Source: Bdellovibrionales bacterium (GTDB lineage: Bacteria > Bdellovibrionota > Bdellovibrionia > Bdellovibrionales > JAUICD01). From it: a stretch of DNA of 64,000 nucleotides. The stretch lies in assembly GCA_965262715.1 (NCBI GenBank), contig OZ253553.1, positions 528,830 through 592,829 on the forward strand. Direction: 5' to 3'. Shown here piece by piece: positions 1-10,047 of the stretch; positions within the stretch are counted from its first letter, which is position 1, and the number at the start of each line of letters is the position of its first letter. Position numbers and translations under genes: made by a program. The notes below the pieces were generated by a model. It ran no database searches and had not been told where the DNA came from. It saw only the letters and a program-made list of their open reading frames with translations.

Positions 1-347
1 TCCACCATACGTGAGTCTCTTGTTAGTAACCCTTCTTTTTTGAGAACTGGACGCAACTCCTGATTAAAAGCCAGTAAAGCGCGGGCAATACCATGCCTGA
101 TAGCTCCAGCTTGTCCTGATTCGCCTCCACCTTTTACAGTGATTTTTAGGTCAACTGAGGTGTTGACTTGGGATTTAATAAGAACGAGGGGTTGGTTGAT
201 AATGGCTCTAGACGCTATTTTTTTTAAGTATAAAGTAGGCTTTTTCCCATTGATAGTCACTTGTCCAGAGCCCGATTTTAAAAAAACACGTGCTGCACTG
301 GTTTTTCTCCGACCTGTAGCATAATAAACTTTTTGGGCTTGTGCCAT
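1..347 (-). CDS. rpsI: 30S ribosomal protein S9 (C-terminal end cut by window edge)
   Basis: Minus-strand translation from ATG (347-345) reads MAQAQKVYYATGRRKTSAARVFLKSGSGQVTING... and reaches ...GLLTRDSRMVE at the window edge, the conserved S9 core. AAGGAG SD lies upstream. Directly downstream of rplM as in the canonical operon. Confidence 0.9.
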   Translation of the reverse strand, partial: MAQAQKVYYATGRRKTSAARVFLKSGSGQVTINGKKPTLYLKKIASRAIINQPLVLIKSQVNTSVDLKITVKGGGESGQAGAIRHGIARALLAFNQELRPVLKKEGLLTRDSRMV

Positions 348-396
348 AATATCTCCTTTAATACTCGCCTACATGTAGGCATCAATGAAATTGCTG

Positions 397-855
397 TTAC
401 GAAGGAAGAACAAGAACCTCTGGTCTTTGCGCTTGATGAGGATGTGCTGGACCTCCATAAAGTTTAAGCTTTTTTAATATTTTTTGAGCAAGCTTGTTTT
501 TAGGTAACATACCTTGTACAGCTTTATAAAGAACTTTTTCAGGTTTAGAAGAGTTTAAGATTTTTTCAGCTGTTTTTTGCTTTAATGATCCGATAAAGCG
601 AGAGCGAGTGTAATATAACTTTTCACTTGGCTTTTGGCCTGTTAAATGAACCTGTGCAGCATTAATGACAATGACAAAGTCTCCCATATCTGTATGAGGG
701 GTAAATAGGGGCTTGTTTTTACCCCTTAAAATGGTAGCAATTTGAGTGGCCATACGCCCTACTTTTTGGTCTTTACCATCTATCAACCACCACTTTTCTG
801 CTTGATCCACATAGCCTCTATGGCCTTTTTGGTTTGTAAAAGATTGTGTCTGCAT
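397..855 (-). CDS. rplM: 50S ribosomal protein L13
   Basis: 152-aa ORF; WWLIDGKDQKVGRMATQIATILRGKNKPLFTPHTDMGDFVIVINA is the conserved L13 N-terminal core. Confidence 0.95.
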   Translation of the reverse strand: MQTQSFTNQKGHRGYVDQAEKWWLIDGKDQKVGRMATQIATILRGKNKPLFTPHTDMGDFVIVINAAQVHLTGQKPSEKLYYTRSRFIGSLKQKTAEKILNSSKPEKVLYKAVQGMLPKNKLAQKILKKLKLYGGPAHPHQAQRPEVLVLPS

Positions 856-889
856 AGGTCAATTACCCTTATAATTGTTATATTTATAT

Positions 890-918
890 ATTTTAGAGCA
901 TTAAACTATGTTATTCAA
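890..918 (-). promoter_or_regulatory. candidate sigma70-type promoter for rplM-rpsI
   Basis: On the minus strand, TTGAAT (918-913), a 17-nt spacer, then TAAAAT (895-890), about 35 nt upstream of the rplM start. Confidence 0.4.
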
Positions 919-959
919 GCCTCTTTTGTCAAACCTTTTACTCAGGTTTGTTTCATTCA

Positions 960-1500
960 AATAAAATAAGCGTTTAGCTAAGGGCTGTTTCAGTAAAAGT
1001 GCATCTCGCCTCTGGCGACTTTTTGGCAGTAAGCCTGGCGGTTAGAACCGTCGGCAAATAGCTTACTGCCTAGAAAGGCTAATGCATTTTAGTAGGGAGG
1101 ATCTTCTTGTTTCTTAACACAATGTTAGGGAAATTTTATTCTTGCCATCGGATCAGTACCTAGATTTATTTCATGGACAATCCTCAAAGAGGCTCACCTC
1201 GAGAGGCTCACCTCGAGAGGCTTGTCTTCTATTCATTTTGAGTAAAACAGAATGAAGGAAATTTTCTTTAACATGATGTAAAAGAATGAAGATATTCTCC
1301 TTACTTAAAATAAATGGATTTTTGAGGCAGTCAGCATTTTGTTGACGGGGATACATCCCGTAGTGTTAACCGTCAAGTTGGCTGCCCAAAAACAACCAGA
1401 GGTTGATTTATTTTGAGTGAAATAAATTAAATACAAAACTGGTATCTTTTTTAAAACTTTTCTCTCTAGGAGCATTTTTGAGATGGCTTTTATTATATTT
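960..1500 (-). repeat. composite dispersed hairpin-repeat block (inverted, rearranged copy of the 29510-29860 array leader plus a 34260-34380-like module)
   Basis: The reverse complement of 992-1240 aligns by eye with 29600-29860 (gcctctggcgac...ctgcctagaaaggctaatgcattttagtagggaggatc...). 1441-1500 matches the gccatctcaaaaatg segment at 29517. 1290-1430 matches 34260-34380. Confidence 0.8.
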
Positions 1501-1686
1501 TTTGATAATAATAAAAATTACTTAGCTATTAATGACTTAAAAAGCATAGATAAACTTTAAAGGAGCTTTGGAACGACTGATTTAAGTGTGTAAATAATTC
1601 ATAGTTTGTGATATATAACTATTTCTTTTTTACATACAAGTTGTTTGCTATTGATAATTTGGTTGAATTTTGATATAAGACCGGAC

Positions 1687-4323
1687 ATGAAGAAAAATAT
1701 TCTATTATTACTTTATTTGCTGGTCTTAACAGTTGTTCTAATTGTAAAAGAGCCTGCCTTTGCTGTAGAAGAATCTGCTTCTGCTGTGGAGGAGTCCACT
1801 TCCTCTGAGTTGATCTGTCAAAATGCATTGATGACAAAGTTGTCAGATGAAGATAGAGATATAGTATCTGGCGCTATTATGATTGCTCAGCAACTTCGTC
1901 CTTCAGACCCTCAAGTCACTCTTTATCATATCTTCCTTGCTGCTATGACAGAAGTGCGTGTCGATGGTGCGCCTATAACTTACACAAACCCTAAGCTGCT
2001 TGCTTTCTTAAGAGAACGCAATCTGTTGGAGAATTTCCAAAACTTTCTTTTAAATAATATAGGTTTGAGCCGTGATCAGTTAGGTCCTTTATTTGAGAAA
2101 AACTCAGATGGCATGTTGATCCTCAATACAGACATACAATTTGATCGCAACTCTGCATCTGATTTTAACAACTACACACCTGATGCAAATAGGCTTCTAG
2201 CAGAAATGACTCAAGAAAAAGAAATAGATGTTCAAGAAACAGAAAAAACAGGTGCTCTTCTTCCAAATGATTTTTTCATTAATGTTTTGAAGTTTGATAA
2301 TCCTATTCGTGATCGTTTGACAGAACCTCCTAAATTTTCAGAAAGATCTTCTGTTCAATTTCAATCTGCTAAATCTAACAAAATGTATCGTGGAACTACT
2401 CAGGAAACAATTCCAGCAAACCCTATTATTGCTTTTGATGTTATAAATAGAAGGATAATGCGTTCTAATAATTATACGAACCCTTCTCCTTATTTCTCTA
2501 TTGATGACCCATTGCTCTATTCTTTTTTTTCAGATTTGCTTTTAGATCTGGGAAGACATGAAGAATTTATAAGAATTTTAGAACAGCAGCAAACTTTAGA
2601 TGACTCCAATCGCTTTATTACTTTAAAAGAAAATGATGACACCTATAATGACACCCATATTATGTATGGTAAAGTTATAGGTTTTTCAGAAGATCATACC
2701 TCTTTAGTTATAGAAGGTCTTGATGGTCAGAGGTACACTTATATTATTTATAGAGATAAGGATAGGTTATATATATATAGAGAAGAAGAAGAGCTTGGAA
2801 GACTTGGAGATGCTTTTGATTCTGGTTATCGTACTAAAGATGTATCTGTAAGCATAACGTCAAAAAAACTTTTTGATATATATGAAGAGATCAGAGGCTT
2901 GGTCGGATATCCCATACCTTTAAATCAATACACTGGAGAACCATCTATTAATCTTTTTAGAGAATTGTTTAATTCGATTACTCTAAATAATTATTTAAGA
3001 GAGCACTATCCAGATTTAGAAGCTCGTCAAGTTTCCTTAAGTGATTTTGATGAGGACCGTCATCTTGTTTCCTTTTTGAATTCACAAGGTGAACGTGTTC
3101 CTGGCAGACTTATTGAAGTCAATAACTATAATGTCACTATAGAAGATTTAAGTGGTCATAAAAATGTTATAGAAGGAGAAATGTTAAACACTATATCGCA
3201 AGATAAATCTATAAGATTCTTATTTCAATATCCTCATACTGATAGTGTAGATACTTCTGAAATAAATAACCTGCCAATTGTTCAAAGACAAGGAGAGGGA
3301 GGTTTTTCTTATGCAGAATTAGAAATGTCAGGTGATCCAGCGCAAGACGCCTTTAGAAAAGCTGTGATAGCGGGTCGCTTTGAGGGGGATGAACGATTTA
3401 TTTCATTTTTCAATGAATATCATGGTGAGAGAAGGCTAGCTAAGATAATCTCTTGGAAGGAAGATGTGGTAACCCTTTGGGTATATAATGGCAAGGGATA
3501 TATTAATCAGGGAAGAAGATTTATTTTACCTCAATTTGATGAAGAAGATTACTTTATATTTTTAGCTGCAGCAGTTAGTCAAGCGGCAAAAGATTACTTT
3601 GAACGTAATGAGGTTTTTCTCAATAGAGGAAATATCAAATCTGCAGAGGATGAGGATTATCAATTTTTAAGTCGTTCTGTTCCCACAACCATAAGACTTG
3701 ATGATACAGCTTTTCTAGAGGCAATTGATTTGACGGATACTAACTTGAGGAAATGGATAAAAAAGGCCACAGATATTATAAAAGAAAAAACGGGGATCGT
3801 GCCAGGGCCACAAAATTTGACTGCTGCTCAAAGGATTCAAATTTATCGAGTTTTTGATAATGACATCGTTCCTTTACTAGAGAGCCCTGCTCATGGGATA
3901 GAATATGGTTATTTTCGTGATTTAATATACACTAGTAACTTCTGTCGTCTCGAAGGGGATAACGGCAGACATCCACTTCGATTTCTTGGTCATATTCTTG
4001 ATACAAAATCAGCTGTTTGTGGTGAATTAAGCGCATTTGGCGTTGTTTTGCTCTCTGAATATGGTTTACATGCAAAATATATGACAACGTCTTCACAAAT
4101 GATGGAAATGGTTGAAAGTGAAGATGGGCATGCATGGATAGGAGTTCAAAGAGAGGATGGTTCTTTGGAGTTTATAGATACAAATGGTAGCCTAGTTTTC
4201 TGGAGTACAAACCTTCGTTTTCTAGAGGAGCGTTATCTAGAGCTGTCACATTTAAGTGATGATGAGCTACTTTCTCTTTCAGAAGAATATACTCTTGTGA
4301 TTCCTCCTGCTTTGCCTGAATGA
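1687..4323 (+). CDS. secreted ~878-aa protein with C-terminal transglutaminase-like cysteine protease core (paralog 1)
   Basis: Start placed at ATG 1687 (MKKNILLLLYLLVLTVVLIVKEPAFA signal peptide) rather than the upstream TTG. C-terminus has SAVCGELSAFGVVLLSEYGL...DGHAWIGVQREDGSLEFIDTNG, i.e. a Cys...His...Asp pattern. Confidence 0.8.
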   Translation: MKKNILLLLYLLVLTVVLIVKEPAFAVEESASAVEESTSSELICQNALMTKLSDEDRDIVSGAIMIAQQLRPSDPQVTLYHIFLAAMTEVRVDGAPITYTNPKLLAFLRERNLLENFQNFLLNNIGLSRDQLGPLFEKNSDGMLILNTDIQFDRNSASDFNNYTPDANRLLAEMTQEKEIDVQETEKTGALLPNDFFINVLKFDNPIRDRLTEPPKFSERSSVQFQSAKSNKMYRGTTQETIPANPIIAFDVINRRIMRSNNYTNPSPYFSIDDPLLYSFFSDLLLDLGRHEEFIRILEQQQTLDDSNRFITLKENDDTYNDTHIMYGKVIGFSEDHTSLVIEGLDGQRYTYIIYRDKDRLYIYREEEELGRLGDAFDSGYRTKDVSVSITSKKLFDIYEEIRGLVGYPIPLNQYTGEPSINLFRELFNSITLNNYLREHYPDLEARQVSLSDFDEDRHLVSFLNSQGERVPGRLIEVNNYNVTIEDLSGHKNVIEGEMLNTISQDKSIRFLFQYPHTDSVDTSEINNLPIVQRQGEGGFSYAELEMSGDPAQDAFRKAVIAGRFEGDERFISFFNEYHGERRLAKIISWKEDVVTLWVYNGKGYINQGRRFILPQFDEEDYFIFLAAAVSQAAKDYFERNEVFLNRGNIKSAEDEDYQFLSRSVPTTIRLDDTAFLEAIDLTDTNLRKWIKKATDIIKEKTGIVPGPQNLTAAQRIQIYRVFDNDIVPLLESPAHGIEYGYFRDLIYTSNFCRLEGDNGRHPLRFLGHILDTKSAVCGELSAFGVVLLSEYGLHAKYMTTSSQMMEMVESEDGHAWIGVQREDGSLEFIDTNGSLVFWSTNLRFLEERYLELSHLSDDELLSLSEEYTLVIPPALPE

Positions 4324-4444
4324 ATTAAAATTCAAAAAGGCATTAATGGATCTATCTTTTTTTAATATATAAAATAGTTTACAAGAGAGGTTTTTTTATG
4401 GATGCGTAGGCAAATTGTCTACAAACAGGTTTTGTTACCTAAAG

Positions 4445-4560
4445 GCAATTTGCCAGATGACTGATTTACCTGATCACTGGACTTGAAATAAAGACTTAAT
4501 AAGATATAGTTTATCAATTCAATATATTCTCTTGAAATGGAAACATCCTCCAGTTGTGGA
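4445..4560. repeat. short dispersed intergenic repeat (second copy at 21447-21545)
   Basis: Shared string ttgccagat...aaataaagacttaat.a.at.tag.tt.t.aattcaatat seen at both loci. Confidence 0.6.
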
Positions 4561-4762
4561 CTTTATTATTATATTTTTTGATAATAGTAAAAGTTACTTG
4601 GCTATTAATGACTTAAAAAGCATAGATAAACTTTAAAGGAGCTTTGGAACGACTGATTTAAGTGTGTAAATAATTCATAGTTTGTGATATATAACTATTT
4701 CTTTTTTACATACAAGTTGTTTGCTATTGATAATTTGGTTGAATTTTGATATAAGACCGGAC

Positions 4763-7408
4763 ATGAAGAAAAATATTCTATTGTTATTTTATTTACTGGT
4801 CTTAACAGTTGCTCTAATTTTAAAAGAGCCTGCTTCTGCTGTAGAGGAGTCTACTCTTACTGAGGCTATCTGTCGGGATGCCTTGACTACAAAGCTATCA
4901 GATGAAAACAAAGATATCGTATCTGGTGCTATTATGATTGCTCAGCAACTTCGTCCTTCATATCCTCAAGTCAACCTCTATCATATCTTCCTTGCTGCTA
5001 TGACAGAAGTGCGTGTCGATGGTGCGCCTATAACCTACACAAACCCTAACTTATTGATTTTTTTAAGAGAACAAAAGCTATTGGGGGATTTTCAAAACTT
5101 TCTTTTAAATAATTTGGGTTCAAACCGTACTCATTTAGATTCTTTGTTTGAGAAAAAATCAGATGGCACATTCATTCTCAATTGGAATACAAGCGTGCCA
5201 TTTGATGGTAATCATGTATCTAATTTTATCTATACATTTGATGTAGAAAGACTTTTGGAAGCAATGAATCAAAACAAACAGGTAGATACTAAAAATGACT
5301 TTTTTCTTTATACTTTAGAATTTGATAATCCTATTCGAAAATTTTTCTTTGATCGTTTGACAGAACATCCTACTTTTTTAGAAAGAACTCTTGGCAGATT
5401 GTTTAGATGGCTTGACCCAACTCAAGAGAGGGCTAGAAGAATTTATTTTATGTACCCTAAGTTATTAATGCCTGAGCTCATATATGATCTGCCCAAAAAA
5501 GCCATTCCAACAAACCCTATTATTGCTTTTGATCTTATAAATAGAATAAGTAGAAACATAGCCAATGATAGTGATTATACGAATCCTTCTCCTTATTTCT
5601 CTATTGATGACCTCTGGCTCTATCCTGGCTTTTTTGATTCAGACTTTGAAAGAGATGAAACACCACCTATATGGAAAATTTTAAAACGGTGGCAACCCTT
5701 AGATGACTCCAATCGCTTTATTACCTTTAGAAAAAATCACGCCCATGTATATGGTAAAATTATAGGTTTTTCAGAAGATCATACCTCTTTAGTTATAGAG
5801 AGCCTTGATGGTCAGAAGTATGTTTATCATTTTTCAATTACTTCTAGATTTCTTTTTATGAAAAAATTTAAAAAAGTTATTGGAGATGCTTTTCTTCCTT
5901 TTTATGTTTTTAGTGATGTACTACTTGCAAGCAGAAGGTCAAAAAAGCTTTTTGATATATATGAAGAGATCAGGGGTTTAACAGAATCTCCTATACCTCT
6001 AAATCAACACACTGGGCAGCTATCTATTGATCTTTTTAGAGAATTGTTTAACTTGATAACTCTCAATAATTATTTAAGGAAACACTATCCAGAGTTAGAA
6101 GCTCGCCAAGTCTCTTTAAGTGATTTTGATGAAGCTCGTCACTTTGTTTCTTTTCTAAACTCACAGGGTGAACGTGTTCCGGGCAAACTCATTGACGTGA
6201 ATGACTATAGTGTCATTGTAGAAGACTTAGATGGTCATAGAAGCCGTATAGAAGGAGAGGCATTAAACAGAGTTTCACAAGATGAAACTGTGAGACTTTT
6301 ATTCCAATATCCTCATATTGATAGTGTAGATACTCCTGAAATAGATGGCACTCGAATTGTTCAAAGACAGGGAGAGGGAGGCCTTTCTTATGCAGGATTA
6401 GAAATGTCAGGTGATCCAGCTCAAGATGTTTTTAGAAGAGCTTTGATAGCAGGTCGTTTTGAAGGAGATGAACGGTTTATTTCATTTTTCGATGAAGGTG
6501 AGAAAAAACTGGCTAAGGTATTCTCTTGGGAGGGAAAAACAATGAGACTTCAAATATATGAGGGCAATACAGATTATAGACTGACAATAGTGCCTTTACC
6601 TCTAATTAATCCTACTGATCCTAGATTTTTAAAGGATGACTCCATCTTTTCAACTGCAGCAGTTAGTCAGACGGCAAAAGATTACTTTGAACGTATTAAT
6701 TCTTTTTTGAATAGGAGAAATATCAGGCTTGCAGCAGGTGAAGATTATCAATTCTTAAGCCATTCTATTTCTATAACCAAAGAACATAATGGTAGAACTA
6801 TTGAAATGAAAGTTGATTTAACTGATCCTTATTTGAGAAAATGGATGAGAAAGGCTACAGATATTATAAAAGAAAAAACAGAGATCACACCAGGAGCACA
6901 AAAACTTACAGCTGCTCAAAGAATTCAAATTTATCGAGTCTTTTATGAGGATATTGTTCCTTTAGTAGAAATGCCTATTCGAGAAAGATATGCTTATTTT
7001 CATGATTTAATATACAATTGGTATTATTTCGAAGGAAATAGCAAGCAAAATGAATTTCAGTTTCTTGGTCATGTTCTGGATACAAAATCAGCTATTTGTA
7101 CTGATTTAAGCGCATTTGGTGTTGTTTTACTCTCTGAATATGGTTTGCATACAAGATATATGCAGACATCTCCAAAAATGATTGAAATACTTAAAAATGA
7201 AGGCATGTATGGACATGCATGGATAGGTGTTCAACGGGAGGATGGCTCTTTAGAGTTTATAGATACAAATGGTCGAATTTTCTGGAGCACAAACCTTCGT
7301 TTACTAAGAGAAGGTTATGAAGGAGATTTTTCTCATTCAACTGATGATGAGCTACTTTCTCTTTCAGAAGAACATACTCTTATGATTCCTCCTTCTTTGC
7401 CTGAATGA
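4763..7408 (+). CDS. secreted ~881-aa protein with C-terminal transglutaminase-like core (paralog 2)
   Basis: ATG 4763 with MKKNILLLFYLLVLTVALILKEPASA signal. C-terminus has SAICTDLSAFGVVLLSEYGL...YGHAWIGVQREDGSLEFIDTNG. Collinear with 1687-4323. Confidence 0.8.
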   Translation: MKKNILLLFYLLVLTVALILKEPASAVEESTLTEAICRDALTTKLSDENKDIVSGAIMIAQQLRPSYPQVNLYHIFLAAMTEVRVDGAPITYTNPNLLIFLREQKLLGDFQNFLLNNLGSNRTHLDSLFEKKSDGTFILNWNTSVPFDGNHVSNFIYTFDVERLLEAMNQNKQVDTKNDFFLYTLEFDNPIRKFFFDRLTEHPTFLERTLGRLFRWLDPTQERARRIYFMYPKLLMPELIYDLPKKAIPTNPIIAFDLINRISRNIANDSDYTNPSPYFSIDDLWLYPGFFDSDFERDETPPIWKILKRWQPLDDSNRFITFRKNHAHVYGKIIGFSEDHTSLVIESLDGQKYVYHFSITSRFLFMKKFKKVIGDAFLPFYVFSDVLLASRRSKKLFDIYEEIRGLTESPIPLNQHTGQLSIDLFRELFNLITLNNYLRKHYPELEARQVSLSDFDEARHFVSFLNSQGERVPGKLIDVNDYSVIVEDLDGHRSRIEGEALNRVSQDETVRLLFQYPHIDSVDTPEIDGTRIVQRQGEGGLSYAGLEMSGDPAQDVFRRALIAGRFEGDERFISFFDEGEKKLAKVFSWEGKTMRLQIYEGNTDYRLTIVPLPLINPTDPRFLKDDSIFSTAAVSQTAKDYFERINSFLNRRNIRLAAGEDYQFLSHSISITKEHNGRTIEMKVDLTDPYLRKWMRKATDIIKEKTEITPGAQKLTAAQRIQIYRVFYEDIVPLVEMPIRERYAYFHDLIYNWYYFEGNSKQNEFQFLGHVLDTKSAICTDLSAFGVVLLSEYGLHTRYMQTSPKMIEILKNEGMYGHAWIGVQREDGSLEFIDTNGRIFWSTNLRLLREGYEGDFSHSTDDELLSLSEEHTLMIPPSLPE

Positions 7409-7502
7409 ACTAAAACTCAAAAAGGTGTTAATGAATCTACCTTCTTTTAATATATAAAATAGTTTATAAGAGAGGTTTTTTATGGATGTGTATGAAAAAA
7501 AA

Positions 7503-7524
7503 GCCACAAATATGAATTTGTGGC
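7503..7524. terminator. bidirectional rho-independent terminator between convergent genes
   Basis: Perfect 9-bp stem gccacaaat / atttgtggc with a 4-nt loop, flanked by an A10 run (7493-7502) and ttttta (7525-7530). Confidence 0.75.
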
Positions 7525-7558
7525 TTTTTATTTTCTAAGGAGGTTATTTTTGAAAATA

Positions 7559-9400
7559 CTATGTGTTCTTAGATGTACTTAATCTGTGTGCTGCAGAGAA
7601 CTTTGTAATCCATGTTGCTTTTTCTTTAAATTTTATACCTACTTTATTCTCTGACATCCAAACAATTTTTCCAGAGAGTGTAACATCTTCTCCATCTTGT
7701 TTTGATAGAAGGATATCCACTTGAGAGCCTCTCTTTAACTGTTGAGTAGAGTTATCTATTGAGATACCAGCACCACCCTGTGAGATAGAAAATAAATTCG
7801 CAGACATAAAGTGATTGTTGAATGAGAGGTGAAGTGGAATATCTACTTCATATCTCTGCTCTCTTCTCTTAGATTGTGATGTAGCCTTCTGCTTTAAGAA
7901 TAACCAAACCATTAAAGGGAGGGCTAGCATAAAGCTAAAAAGTGCTCTTGGCAGATGAGCGCCTCGGCCGCCTTTTCCATTATTTTTGTATGATTTCATC
8001 TGATGCAAGTTTGAATACATATTATGAACGAGTCCACAACCTCCAGCCATTGATGAGGAAGATGAAAAGACACGGCTACTGTATTCTGGCATAGCAAAAC
8101 TAGGATTGTATCCTTGAGCCTTTGAAACAGCTTTTAAAGCATTTAATCTTCTTTCATTTTGTACGTAGCCATTTAAAGATGCTACAGTATCTGCAGAATT
8201 AAGTATAATTTCCTTAACTTCATATCCATTAAGCTCTGGTTGTGCATAGAGTGTTAGTGCTGTTGCGCCTGATACATAAGGGGTTGCCATACTTGTTCCA
8301 GATAAATTAGTATTTTGGTTATTCGGATATGTACTTTGAACATTCACACCAGGAGCACTCAAATGGACAGAGGTGGTACCATAATTAGAAAAATTACTTG
8401 CAAAAATATCATTGAAGGTGGTTGCAGCAACTGAAATAACATGAGGAACTGGATAGTTGGCTGGGTAAAAAGGTATGATATCATTATTAGATGCATTATT
8501 TCCTGCTGCAGCTACAAAGACAACACCAGCATTATAACTTCTTGTAACAGCTTCATGGAGTGCATTACTGTAAGCATCGTTTCCCCAAGAGTTGTTTAAG
8601 ACTTTAGCTCCATTATTAATGGCATAATCAATAGCGCCGATAGCACTGGATGTTGAGCCAACGCCATCACATCCTAAAAACTTTAATGGCATAATACAAA
8701 AGGCAGAACTCTCTGTTGCATCACCGACAACAGTTTGCTTAACAATTCCAGCAACATGGGTGCCATGTCCATCACAATCGCTCAAATCTTTATTATGATC
8801 TGTAAAGTTCCAACCATGTACATCATCATCAAAGCCATTGCCATCATTATCATAACCATCACCAGCCACTTCCTCTGTATTATTACAGATAATACCTTGA
8901 AGATCACTATGTGTGATGTCAGTTCCTGTATCAATGACTGCAATTTTTACCATTTCATTGTTAAGAGTTTGGATGGCATTTCTCGCGGCTTCTGCAAAAA
9001 TAGGATCTGGGTTGCTATATGTAGATTGGCTGAATGTTTTATCAGTATTCGTTTTACTAATAATATAGTTAGGTTCTATATATTCTATATCTGGATGATT
9101 TCCAACTTGTTCAATAATCTCTTCAGTTGATTGACCATCTTCAATTCCACTGAAGTGGTGCATACTAAAATTATTAAAGGATTGCTGTAGTGTCAGACTA
9201 ACAGAGCCTGAAACGCCTTGAAGTGTCAAATTGCCAGTATCTTCGCTTAAGCTTTGTCTAACTGATGAACTCTCAGGAGAATCCTTAAATTTGATAATAA
9301 CGTCACCTTCAACATAACCTAAAGAGGATTGCCCATATACAGTCTGAAAATTTAAAGTGACTAATAGAATAATAGATAATTTTACTAAATGATAAAACAC
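7559..9400 (-). CDS. S8 subtilisin-family serine protease fused through a TM helix to a C-terminal PilZ-like domain
   Basis: Signal peptide present. Catalytic triad motifs AVIDTGTD, HGTHVAGI and GTSMATPYVSG. TM segment ALFSFMLALPLMVWLFL. The last ~103 aa carry RREQR (RxxxR) and SISQGG (xSxxG) PilZ-type motifs. Confidence 0.85.
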   Translation of the reverse strand: MFYHLVKLSIILLVTLNFQTVYGQSSLGYVEGDVIIKFKDSPESSSVRQSLSEDTGNLTLQGVSGSVSLTLQQSFNNFSMHHFSGIEDGQSTEEIIEQVGNHPDIEYIEPNYIISKTNTDKTFSQSTYSNPDPIFAEAARNAIQTLNNEMVKIAVIDTGTDITHSDLQGIICNNTEEVAGDGYDNDGNGFDDDVHGWNFTDHNKDLSDCDGHGTHVAGIVKQTVVGDATESSAFCIMPLKFLGCDGVGSTSSAIGAIDYAINNGAKVLNNSWGNDAYSNALHEAVTRSYNAGVVFVAAAGNNASNNDIIPFYPANYPVPHVISVAATTFNDIFASNFSNYGTTSVHLSAPGVNVQSTYPNNQNTNLSGTSMATPYVSGATALTLYAQPELNGYEVKEIILNSADTVASLNGYVQNERRLNALKAVSKAQGYNPSFAMPEYSSRVFSSSSSMAGGCGLVHNMYSNLHQMKSYKNNGKGGRGAHLPRALFSFMLALPLMVWLFLKQKATSQSKRREQRYEVDIPLHLSFNNHFMSANLFSISQGGAGISIDNSTQQLKRGSQVDILLSKQDGEDVTLSGKIVWMSENKVGIKFKEKATWITKFSAAHRLSTSKNT

Positions 9401-10047
9401 AAAAATATATCTCCCTAAAAAAGTAATGCAATCCCATTAAGATAAAGTGTTAATAAACTTTTGGTCAGTGTCTAAAAATTAGTCACTAAACTCTCTTTTA
9501 ATAACCTTTAAACTCCCTACTTATATGACATTGCAAGAAGTGCACCTAGAAATGAATCAGTGGTTATTTCAAATTGAGACATGTTAAAAGAAGGGATAGG
9601 TTAATTAAAAATGGAAGTTTTATTAGATATTATAAGAGAAGCCATAGGCTTTAAGATTAAATCCTTAAATTTGATATTTATCTAATATACATGAAATTTA
9701 ACTCTCCTACACATGCTTGTGCAACAAAGCTCATTTACACTAAATAGGTAAAGTTGATGCTTATCTCCATAAGACTTGATGCCGATCTCCACGAGATGCC
9801 TGAACTTCTTGAAAAGTGTTAGTTTTTCAAGAAAGCTGAAAGAGGTATCGAGGGGGGAACAGTGTCTCTTCTCTGATAGCAGTTAAAATGATAGCATAAG
9901 TTTGTGAAGTTGAGCGCAAAAGCTTGAATTGTAAAAGATAAATTAAAAGACCAAAAAGCTATTTATGTTAGAAGCGGCGCAAATATTTTGCGTGGCAATT
10001 ATATAATTTTTGAGATAATAGCTATTTTTGATGGAGTGACTTTTGAA

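Larger units (their letters stand above)
1487..7485 (+). repeat. tandem segmental duplication, two ~2.9-kb units (1487-4400 and 4563-7485), period 3076 bp between start codons
   Basis: About 190 bp upstream of each CDS is nearly identical (ttattatattttttgataata...catacaagttgtttgctattgataatttgg). The downstream ~80 bp also match (caaaaaggc/tgttaatgg/aatcta...tatataaaatagttta). The two CDS are paralogous along their full length. Confidence 0.9.

Noticed and set aside
1171-1356. 61-aa ORF in the rplM-proximal gap
   Set aside because: It lies entirely within the dispersed hairpin-repeat block and includes the tandem gaggctcacctcgagaggctcacctcgagagg motif. It is most likely noncoding.
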